NCBI GenBank assembly: GCA_951406725.2
Contig: OX597819.1
Location: forward strand, 92,194,001-92,258,000
Reading direction: 5' to 3'
DNA: 64,000 nucleotides
Origin: Octopus vulgaris
Taxonomy: Eukaryota
The notes beneath the pieces were generated by a model. That model had not been told where the DNA came from. It saw only the letters and a program-made list of their open reading frames with translations, and did no database searches. This document shows positions 40,780-52,298 of the stretch, piece by piece (position 1 is the first letter of the stretch; every line of letters starts with the position of its first letter). A program made the translations under genes and the position numbers.

Positions 40780-41350
40780 AATCTTTGCTGAGCCCCTACT
40801 AGATTACATTTAGAGAATCCGCGTCAGTTTCTTCTAGTTCTCCGTGAAACCGAGTATTTCTAGGTTGTTGTGTAAATTTGTTGGTACATAATCTAAAGCA
40901 CCTATGATAATAGGTACAAATGAAAATTGTACCTATTATGTATGTATATACGTATATATGTCATTATTCAGTTTATTTCAAGATTTCCTTGCCAATAGAA
41001 AAAGAACCGGTTTCTAACCGAGATCCAATAATTACAAGTATACGCCTGAACTTGTAATCTGAATCGAGTAGCTGCAGATTTCTCAATAGTTCAAGCATAG
41101 GTGTTCTCTTTTTCACTGATCTTCAGCTTCATCTTAACATCCGTTGGGCAGCTAATTTTCATAACTGTACACAGTTTCTCTTCTCTATCCCAAATCGTTA
41201 TATCAGGTCTGTTTTGCTTACACATTATTGAAACTTTCACGGTTACATTCCACCAGTAGTCCGTTTTATTTTGAGTGGCTATGGCTTCTACCATATTGTG
41301 AGTTCTTATTTCTTTGTCCTCGGGATTATCCTTGCGACGGACCTCATTCT
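40780..41350 (-). pseudogene. REL-endonuclease LINE 3' fragment (R4/Dong-like), interrupted at ~40935-41030
   Basis: DYWWNVTVK...QNRPDITIWDREEKLCTVMKISCP...EKENTY, then FVPIIIGALDYVPTNL. Confidence 0.75.
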
Positions 41351-41956
41351 GTATTATGTTTGTATGTATGTATGTATGTACCAAAATAAACTTATAGATT
41401 GATAACCATGACGGTAGAACGCTAATTCGATTGTAACTATCGTTAGTTAAGCTTTTAGGTCACACGTTCAGAATTTTAATGAAAATCGGTGATATAGGCG
41501 AGCTGTCATGTGATAATAGGTATTCCAACCATCAGACAACTTGTTTTGTGCAGTTTTGCTGAAATTAAATATATTGATCAAATGGCAGGTTCATAGGAAG
41601 GCAAATAAGTATAGGTTGATAGAATAATTATCGAGTTACTGATATATGGATTTTAAACCATATAGTTTTCCCTATCCTACGGAAAAATAAGGAATTGTTT
41701 GCTACGTGTTGAGAAATCACATCATGTAAAGTATGTGATTAATAAAACTTTCTGTACTGCTTGTTCCAATCTTTGTACATAATTGCATAGGTAAAATGCT
41801 TCACTATTCCAATACAATGAAAGAGCAAATTTTGAGTATATATATATATATATATATATATACTTAGAAATGAACGCGTGGCGTTCGATGATATAATGAT
41901 ATAAATAAGATATAATTATATGCATATATACATACATATATATACGTGCCTACAAA

Positions 41957-41999
<43 letters not shown>

Positions 42000-42024
42000 G
42001 TGCCTACAAATATATGTATATGTT

Positions 42025-42323
42025 ATCTCGTTTATTACTGCTCTTATTTTAACTCATGCCCATTGTCCGAAGATCTTCCGTCACACATCTGTGACCTCTT
42101 CAGCGACACTTTCCGTCTTCGTGTCTGCCCCTGCTTCGCTTAGTCCATTCTGTTGTTCTAAGATGAAGAAGAGAAAAACAGACATCATAGAAGAACAAAA
42201 TGGACAAATGGAAGCAGGAACACACACGAGGATGGAATGTGTTACTGAAGAGCTAACAGATGAGTGACGAAAGATTTCCAGACAATGGAAATGAACTAAA
42301 ATGAGAACAGTACTAAACAAGTG
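42025..42323. mobile_element. ~300-bp imperfect palindrome with a hammerhead motif in each arm
   Basis: Arms pair from tctcgtttattactgctc/gaacagtactaaacaagtga inward to ctaagatg/catcatag around a 17-nt spacer. HHR motifs lie at 42064-42108 (-) and 42240-42284 (+). Confidence 0.8.
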
Positions 42324-42944
42324 AAGAACGAATATATAGTGCCTGTATTTATTTGGCAAACAGAAAAAAGCCAAGAAAAATAAATGATTATCCCGAAATA
42401 CAGCAATATCTGTTTCAACACACGGTTTCATTGCAACACAAATTCCATAAACGTATATATTTATAGATGATGTCTTGCAAACAACCTGCACATGCAAGTG
42501 CTACCAGTCATTAACTCCGTATACCAGAAGCCAGCAAGTGTATGGGGTCATCAGGAAAGAATGCGCGCCGTTTCGGGCCTACCTCTCGATGGCATCAATG
42601 CGCCCCCTCCCACTCACTGATATGAGGCCTCACTTGCTAGATCAGTTCAACTTAATATTTAGTACCTCGTAACTATTCTGCTTAAGTAATACAAATTGAA
42701 AATCATAAATTATATTACTTACATTTAGTTGTACTTATACCTGATGTGTCATATAACTTCACAACACATACATACATTGAAATTTCAATGATTGAGCCTT
42801 GGATCTTGGATAAAAGACGGCTCTTTCTCTTTTGACAAAAAATCTTGAAATAAAACTGAATAATGACACATATACACACACACCAAAGAACATTTACCGG
42901 ATTTTAAGAATATACACCACAATTTGATGTAAACAAACTGACAA

Positions 42945-43025
42945 ACAGACAAACATACAGACAGATAGATAGATAGATAGATAAATAGACAGACAGACAG
43001 GACGGCAGACAGACAGACAGACAGG

Positions 43026-43107
<82 letters not shown>

Positions 43108-43120
43108 CCATTGCAACACT

Positions 43121-43180
<60 letters not shown>

Positions 43181-43193
43181 CCATTGCAACACT

Positions 43194-43249
<56 letters not shown>

Positions 43250-43262
43250 CCATTGCAACACT

Positions 43263-43322
<60 letters not shown>

Positions 43323-43337
43323 CCATTGCAACACTGA
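42945..43337. repeat. (GATA)n/(GACA)n array punctuated four times by CCATTGCAACACT
   Basis: Directly visible; ~68-72-bp higher-order unit. Confidence 0.95.
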
Positions 43338-43711
43338 TTAATTCCAGATCTGAAATTTTTGAAAGATGCAAACGCATGGGAGGAGAACATCGCTCGCCCC
43401 GGATTGAGTTGCTGTCTCGAAAACTTTGGCACATTTTCTCGTACATTGTTCTTTATCAGTTGCCTTAATTGAGATTTCTGCTGTCAGAGAAAGCTGGGAT
43501 TTAGTTTTCATGATTTTTTTTCCTTCTATTCCTTCCATTTTTTTGCATCTAGTTATTTCGCGTTTCACTTCCCGTTTTTTTCTTATTTTCTCACTGCCCT
43601 TCTTTTGAAAATATATATAACGCATAAACAGAGCCTGAAAGATTGTTTGAAGATGGCGTATTTTATAAATATGCCTAGTTAAAGTATAATAAAAATACGG
43701 AACTATTAGTT

Positions 43712-43808
<97 letters not shown>

Positions 43809-45387
43809 CTGTGTGTGTGTGTATGTATGTATGCATGTATATATATATATATATACACGCTCACGCAAGCAAACACACGCACATACTCCCCACCCCTAAA
43901 CGCCCATATATTTATACAGGGTGTTCATAAATTGTCTTCAAAATAGAAATTCAGCGACAATTAGATGTATGTCGAGCAATCTACGGAGCCCACGTGGAAG
44001 TGTTCTGATGTTTCTAATAAACTCTTATTACTCTGTTTTTATTTCAATGATTTTTTCAAATTGTAAAGGCAATGTATGGACAGCCTTTATAAAGAACTTA
44101 AAAATGAAAACAACCACAAAGTTAAAACACAATCGGCCAAAGACCAAATATTGTTTTATGGAACCATAAGAAAAAGATATGCGATTCTGTGGAAATAATT
44201 TCCCCCCTGAACAACAGTGTGGTTAGTAGGATGAAAGAGAAAGACGACATCCCTGGACCATTGATAAGGAGTTTTCAAATCCTGTACTAACGATGCACTT
44301 TCAGCTTCATACCTATTATTATTGGAGCAAGAAGATACATACCAACCCATCTGGAGCAAATCCTGACTGAACTAAAATTCTTGGGAACAGAACGAAAGCG
44401 TTTAATTCATACACTACAAATGATCACTATATCAGGGACTAAAAAGATCTGCAAGGCCTTCTTGCAGATCTTTGAATGATGGTTAAAACAAAATGAATGA
44501 TGGTTAAAACAAAATGCTTCCCTTCACGACCTTGCTATGAAATAGGTGGCCTGTCAAAATTTACTCTAAATTAAAAAGAGAATGAGAACATACAATATAT
44601 GTCTGATATCTATATATAAAATATCGGGTATATGAAAAAGAAAAATACTAAAAATCATGTACTAACGTTTCATTTTATCTATTGATGATTCTAAATTTAT
44701 AATTCTACAACACTTTAGCTCCGAAGTACAAAATAGTAAGACTATAAATGTATATACACATAAAAAGCATTCCCTTATTGTATGAAATTAGTGATGTATT
44801 TTGGCTGTAGAATTATGGCAAATGCATTGAAGAAATGGTATGGAAAGTGTTAATAATCACTACTCAAATTAGTGAAGAATAATGAAAAAACATATGAGAC
44901 AAAAGCGTAAATTTTAAAAGATGATATCGATAATGGAGCCTATCAACAACAAAAAAAGAAAAGAAAAGATGATTACCAATTGATTGAATAGAATTTTAAA
45001 TGTTATATCAAAGAGAGTTGTGATATAAAGAGACATATCAAAAAGAAAAGGCGATATGAATATATTTATAATAAAAATATTGAATCAAAGTGAACAAATG
45101 TCCGCTTTGATAGTGAATGCACATACAGTTTTGTGTGAATATAGACACGCTCAAGTAGGAAGTTCACGCGCTCACAGTACCCATACATAGACGTACATGC
45201 ATATATAAACACATTTAATTCTTATACACTTACATACATGCATAGATAGACATATACACACATATAACATGCGTGTTTGTGTGTGTGTGTGCGCGTTTTT
45301 ATATATATAATTATACATACATACATACATACATACATACAAATATATATATATATATAGATGGATAAATAATTACACATACTACAT

Positions 45388-45436
<49 letters not shown>

Positions 45437-45582
45437 TAGATAGATAGATAGATAGAGAAATAGGTAGATAGATACATATATGTACAACTATACATAGACC
45501 TGTACATTTACATATAAATGTGTATCCATTATATATGTCAAATATATATATAAACACACACACGTACATGAATATATGAATA

Positions 45583-45689
<107 letters not shown>

Positions 45690-46597
45690 CATGTATGTGT
45701 GCATGTGCTCTTGTATGTGTGCCTGTCTTTAATAACATTTAGACATTTAAGTGATCATTCACATCTTCAGCCGCTGTTGAATTAAACGTATTCACTCTTT
45801 TTACGACTCAATATATATCAGGTGTTGACTTCACGAATGTTTGGTATAGTAATCATCGTCAGCGAAACGAATCAATTACTTTATAGACTTTATATTTGTT
45901 ATACGAAAGGAAGCAAATATTTTGCATAACATATTGGTGTTTGCGTATGCGTGTGAGATATAACTAGATTTGCATGAAACGAAATCATAAGATGTCTGTC
46001 TGATCGAGGCAATTTTCATTAAGAGTCTTTCACAACTAGTAAAGTTTAATTTAGGCTATAGATAGTGTCTATATGAAAAAATGCAACCACAGAAATAGTG
46101 AATCTGAAATATATCTCCATGAAACAGAATATTTCTATCATAATTTACAGAAAATCTTCGTAAATATCTCAGTATTTCTGTCATCTTGATATTTCAGCTG
46201 GGGTTGAGAGTAACAATTCTTGTGAACGTTGAAAGTGCGTTTATACAGAGCCTAAATAGACCTGTTTTAACGTAGTAGCGCGATATCTGCATGAATCTCG
46301 AATCGCACATCAGTGTTGATGCAATGAAGTCATTTACTTCTTTACTCCTTGATATTTTGGAATCTAACTAAGAATATATGAGTAGATACACGCACGCAGA
46401 AATAAACAACGGTACTCATACAACACGTACGACACAAACGCACACACACGCGCGCGCACATACATCAGTTAATGAATGACAAAACAGGTGTATCGTAATC
46501 CGCCTCATTGGCTTACAGATGTTGCTGCTACAAGAAACTAAGACACTTGCATTCTGAGCGCAGCATATTAGACATGTTAGAATACATATATATGTGC

Positions 46598-46651
<54 letters not shown>

Positions 46652-46652
46652 A

Positions 46653-47932
46653 CAGAGGGGGCAGAGAGGACGGTCGTTTTTGAAATGGCTATAATCCAGT
46701 CCCGGGGGCGGGGAACACATGTCCGATAGGTACCATTCAGTTTGTGGTGTCTCTACTTTTCAGGTGAAGTCATGGCGCTGTGGACGATAAAGCATCGCGT
46801 GTTTGCCTACGGCTGTTACGTGAGGAATAACGAGTTTTTCACAGCTGTTAAGCGTGAGTTTCAGTGTTTCCACCCGTAACACAACCTTACGTTCGGTGAA
46901 TGCACTTCGAACACGAGGTACACTAATGAATAAGGAACTGGTGGAGGCGCCATGTATAGTACGAATCTCAGAAAATGTGGAAAGGGTGAGACAAGCTTTG
47001 ACACGGAGTTCGAATCGCTCTGCTCTGAGTTATTACACTGAATTTGGCATCAGTAACCGATCGGTAAGGCGTATTTCGCATGAATACCTGCATTTCCACC
47101 TTACAAATTGGTCATTGGAGAAGAGTTGAAATCATGGGACTAGACTATGCATAGCGGCTTAACTTCGCATGTCAGATGGAAGCAATTTATGAGGCAAATG
47201 ACATTTTTGCTAATGAGGGATGAAGCTCATTTTCATCTCAGTGGCATGGTGAATCAACAGAACTGTCGTTATTAGACTCTTGAAAATCCAAGAGAACTGC
47301 ACAAAAGACCACAGCACAGCCTAAAAGTGATGGTTTGATGTGCTGTTGAAAAAACTGCCGCCATTGGTCCTTACTTCTTTGAAGACAATAATGGAAATGC
47401 TGTTACTGTGTTCTCCGAGCGTTACATCGAGATGATAAATACTCTGTGCCTGAATTACGACGAGAACGTATGCCTATTCGACGTGTGCTGTTTCAACAGG
47501 AGGGAGCAACGACCCACACAGCCAGAGCAGCAATGGACGTTCTTCTCTCGCTTTTCGGTGATCGCCTCATTTCCAGGCTTGCTGACATTCCTTGGTTTCC
47601 TCGCTCTCCTGATTTGACCATGTGATTATTTCTTGTGAGAAAATCTCAAGGTACATGGATATGTGAATAAGCCGCGTATATTGGACGATTTGAAGGAAGC
47701 TATTCGCGTGGAAGTCGCCCAAATCGACAGAGCAATGATGGAGAGAGTGGAGGACAACATTCAAGGACGCCTTCAGAAATGCATCAACGAAAACGGACAT
47801 CACCCGATAGATGTTGTTTTCCACACTTGATTTTGACAAATGCTAATTCAATAGAAACTCGTTGATGTCAGTAAAATTAATGATTTTGAGAATTTTTCAA
47901 AACCGTCCGTCCTCTCTCCCTGCCCCAACCTA
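46653..47932 (+). mobile_element. Full-length but decayed Tc1/mariner-superfamily DNA transposon (DDxD type)
   Basis: Imperfect TIRs cagagggggcagagaggacggtcgtttttgaaa and tttcaaaaccgtccgtcctctctccctgccccaacc with flanking TA. Confidence 0.88.
46772..47830 (+). pseudogene. Transposase pseudogene (HTH + DDD), many stops and frameshifts
   Basis: MALWTIKHRVFAYGCY...; DEAHFHLSGMVNQQNCRY; IGPYFFEDNNGNAVTV; FQQEGATTHTA; PRSPDLT; LKEAIRVEVAQIDRAMMERV...RLQKCINENGHH. Confidence 0.85.
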
Positions 47933-47940
47933 TATATATA

Positions 47941-48151
47941 TCTTTCAAAATGTGACCTCGTGTGTACCGTTGGCGATTTTTTTCCCTCTGTCTTCCCTTC
48001 TCTGGATCTTTCCTTCTCCTATGTTTCCGACGAAGAGCTCCGCTCGAAACGTTAAACTCTCCTTCTTTCCTTCTTTCCTGAGCGTCCAATAATACCATAT
48101 TTGTTTCACGTCCTCGCGTTGTTGTGTTTTTTTGTGCTTTCTTGTTTGGAT

Positions 48152-48155
<4 letters not shown>
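47941..48155 (+). mobile_element. Short (TA)n-embedded element with the CCGACGA hammerhead variant (48023-48057)
   Basis: GUUU-CCGACGA-A-GAGC(UCC)GCUC-GAAAC-GUU-AAAC; a truncated homolog lies at 25896-26005. Confidence 0.7.
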
Positions 48156-48214
<59 letters not shown>

Positions 48215-48346
48215 TAAGCGAACCCGGCATATTTATTTACTGCCGATAAAGATCTGCGCTTGCGCAGTAGATTTGAAAAATTAGAATGTATAAGCACGGG
48301 GTACATACTGGATTGCCTCGTGTATATATATTTAATCTAAGGTGTA

Positions 48347-48416
48347 CCTGCTGAAGAAGTGTTCGCCTAGCAAATTATTTTATTTGCTAAAAAAAGTCTG
48401 AAACCATTGGTCCGAG
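48347..48416 (+). ncRNA. Hammerhead-like motif in a (TA)n-embedded ~340-bp element (48210-48550)
   Basis: CUGAAGA...[UAGCAAAU/AUUUGCUA hairpin]...GAAA-CCA(U)UGG-UC: full core and GUC triplet, but stem I and the base of stem II are imperfect. Confidence 0.55.
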
Positions 48417-48548
48417 AGTTAGATGGTAAATGTTTTTATTTTTCATTCTCTTCGAAATTGTATTCCTAATAGTGGTTTGGAATTTTACTGTCCTCTCTAG
48501 CGTGCAGATAGTCCTATGATGGATACTTCTTATGCGTTTAAATGTACA

Positions 48549-48604
<56 letters not shown>

Positions 48605-48793
48605 ACAGAAAAAAAAATATATATATAGTACATATATATACATATACATACCATTCAAATAGACATCAGACTCCCAATTTCACACACTACTACTAAATGT
48701 TTATAATATAATTATATATATATATATATATATACATATATATACATATACATACATACACACACACGCACACACTCACACACACACACACAC

Positions 48794-48854
<61 letters not shown>

Positions 48855-49209
48855 AATACATATATCGTTCTTCTATTTGGTTTGCAAGATTCTTTATGGG
48901 AATTCGTGTGCTGAAGCATGTTTTATTGTGTCTCGGGAAAGTCATTCTCTTTTAAGTCCTTATGAATTTACACACTCACCTGTTCGATTTACACTAATTT
49001 ATTTATTTATTTTTTCTAAAATGTTCGTTGCCTCTTGCAGCCTCTTCTGTTGCCGTTGACTCTGTCCATTATCCAGCATGGCTGCAGTTAAATGTCTGAA
49101 ACAAGTAAAAGAAAATAATAATATATATAGGTACATGAGTAGAAATCGAACCAATGTGTGTGTTAATTAATAAGGCATTAAAACAGAATGACTCTCTCCA
49201 GACACACTA

Positions 49210-49278
<69 letters not shown>

Positions 49279-49284
<6 letters not shown>

Positions 49285-50341
49285 CTGACCTAAAATTTTC
49301 AACGTCGCACTCGCGCCAAATTTATCGGCAAAAATATAGCGTCGATTCCATTACGGAATTAACAGAAAATTCATAATTAATCAATAAGTGGCAAAAAATT
49401 GTAGAATTCTTTGCCACCAGCGGCTTAGGAAAAATAAAATAGTCATAGACCATTTTAAGTTCAACATCAACAATAAAGAGCCATAATAGGCCATTCACCC
49501 ACTAGAAATAACAGCCAAGCTTCAACCGCAAATAAAGTTAATTCAGTAAACCAGAGAAATTAAAAACATTTACCCTGTATTCTTATACGATACACGTTTC
49601 ATCTGGATTAATGGTAACAACTGATTAAAATCGCAATCTTCCACGGCCCCGATTTTCAGAAGAAAAGCCAAGACGAAACAGATATTTCACGAGGCATTTC
49701 CGACGTGCGTAATATCTGACCTAAATTCAAATCGTCGACTCCGCCAAATTTATCGCAGCAAATAAATATAAGCCGTCATTCCTTACGGAATAACCAGAAA
49801 TTCATATCAATATAGGTGGCAAAAAAATTTTGTAGAATTCTTGCCACCAGCGGCCAGTAGGAAAAATTAAAATAGTCATAGACCATTTTAAGTTCAACAT
49901 CACAAAAGGAACCTAATAGCATTCACCCACTAGAAATAACAGCGCTTCAACCGCAAAGATCAGTAAACCAGGAAAAAAAAAAACATTCCCGTAATTTCTA
50001 TACGATATACGTTTCATCTGCTGATTATGAACTAACCGATTAAATTAAATGCAATCTTCCAGGCCTCAGATTCTTCAGTAAGAAATAGCCCAAGACGGAA
50101 CAGATATTTTCACGAGGTGACGTTGCCAGTTAATAACTGACCTTCAATCGTCGCACTCGCCAAATTTATCGGCAGCAAATAAATATAAGCCGTCGATTCC
50201 ATTACGGAATTAACCAGAAATTTATATCATAGGTGAAAAAAATTGAAATTTTGCCCCAGCGGCCAGTAGGAAAAAATAAATAGTCATAGACCATTTTAAG
50301 TTCAACATCACAAATTTTTTTGCCACCCTATATTGATTAAT

Positions 50342-50344
<3 letters not shown>
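49279..50344 (-). mobile_element. ~425-bp tandem repeat (about 2.4 units) with a hammerhead in each complete unit and a short inverted end
   Basis: Units start at ~49279, ~49710 and ~50131 (taatatctgacct...). An inverted copy of 49373-49401 lies at 50310-50344. (TA)n flanks both sides. Confidence 0.85.
49995..50085 (-). ncRNA. Type I hammerhead ribozyme with elongated stem II
   Basis: UUUCUUA-CUGAAGA-AUCUG[~46 nt]CAGAU-GAAA-CG(UAUAU)CG-UA-UAGAAA. The unit-1 copy (~49580-49665) supplies UAAGAA for a perfect stem I but has a damaged core. Confidence 0.75.
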
Positions 50345-50396
<52 letters not shown>

Positions 50397-50561
50397 CATG
50401 GAATCTCCTAAGACGACGTTGATTGGACGATTCAATATTGCTTACAGTGATTAAATGTATGTGTTGTACATTAGCTCACTTCATCCATCAAATCAACATT
50501 GTCTTAACAATTGCATGGTGTGTCACATGAACGCAACACAACGCTCGATTTCAGAATCGAA

Positions 50562-50618
<57 letters not shown>

Positions 50619-50991
50619 GTATGTGTGTGTGTGTGTTTATGTCTGTGTGTGTGTGTGTGTCTGTGTGTGTGTGTGAGTGAGTGAGTGTAAGATCATGCAT
50701 GTATGCATCGCATATACATTGTATATTCATACATTCATAAATACATAGACACACATACGAACAGACATTCATACTTGCATACGTACATTCAATCAATTTT
50801 GAGAAGTTATGTGATATGTTTTGATATCTCAACAAAATACACTTTATCTATAATAGCATTGTATCAGTTTCCGAATTGTTTAGTCTTCTTTTGAGTTTGA
50901 TATAAACGAATTGCTTTTTCAGTCGCCGCTTTCGATTTTTCTGTAATATTTCAAACTTATGTATGTTAGTGGGTCGATATATGAGTGCATG

Positions 50992-51040
<49 letters not shown>

Positions 51041-52148
51041 ATGGTTACATAGTTATAAACACCACCTCAAGGCAATACTTCGTGGAATATTCCCATCAAA
51101 ACCTCTGTCAGATATAAATATAAGAGGTCGGATATTGTTGTTTGGGATAAAAGGGCAAAGCTATGTACTCTCATAGAGGTCAACTGCCCTGTCGATATAA
51201 AAATCTCATTGAAAATCAAAGAAAAAGAGGATATCTGTGGACAACTGCTTTGAAATCTCCAGCTTCTATGTTCAGACGTTGAATTCATATACCAATGATG
51301 ATTGGAATATTAGTTTTTGTTAGCAAATGCTTAAAGGGGAGTCTGGATAACCTGGGATTTTTAGAATGAGAAATCGACCGGCTAATTCGTAAATTACAAG
51401 TGCAGTCTGTGAGTGGAACAGTAATAATATGCAAGACTTTTCTGACGTTCCAAATGTGAATTTGTTTTAACTATATCTCAAAGATGGGACCTTGTATATT
51501 TGCTGGAAACCGGCTCCCTCCCCAGTGGTAGATGTATAATAATTAAAAAATAGATGAGACAATACATTTATACATACATACATAGATACATACATACATA
51601 ATACATACATACATGCATACATACATGCATACATACATATATGCTTATATGCACTCACACAAACACACACACACACACGCACACACACACACGCACACAC
51701 ACACACATATATATATATACACACACATATATGTATTAATGCATCTATTTATAAATATTCTAAAATCTACACACCATTGTTTTTTTTTATCTCATTACGA
51801 AAAAATGTTTTTATACGTATGTATATATATATATATATAAAATAAAATACAATACATATAAAATAAAATACAGATGGGACAAGAACCCAAAACATCCGGA
51901 CAACTAGGTGATACAAAAGGGGACAACAAAACATCCAGATAGACGATACAAAAAAAAACACGGACGGGTCATTCGAAGCCTTTTATCTTCAGTCAAGAAC
52001 CTGATCATCCTCGCAATTTCGGCTGATTAATCTTGAAATTGTTCCAATCTGGCCAGCCCCAAGGAAAAACTAAGCTACGAGCATTAGATTCTTTGGCAAA
52101 AAGCAACGAATGTAAAGGAATCAAGGACGGAAAAACAGACGATTTACA

Positions 52149-52223
<75 letters not shown>

Positions 52224-52236
52224 TATATATAATATA

Positions 52237-52298
<62 letters not shown>

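Noticed and set aside
43065-43337. CRISPR-like periodic array
   Set aside because: The 'spacers' are all (GATA)n and the 'repeat' is only 13 bp; the context is eukaryotic and there are no cas genes.
43915-44180. tacagggtgttcata as a Tc1/mariner left TIR
   Set aside because: I found no matching right TIR or transposase motifs nearby; plausible but unsupported.
51870-52150. Hammerhead-like GGCUG...CAGCC-GAAA-UUGCGA on the minus strand
   Set aside because: No CUGANGA in the right place and no UH triplet; at most a decayed relic.
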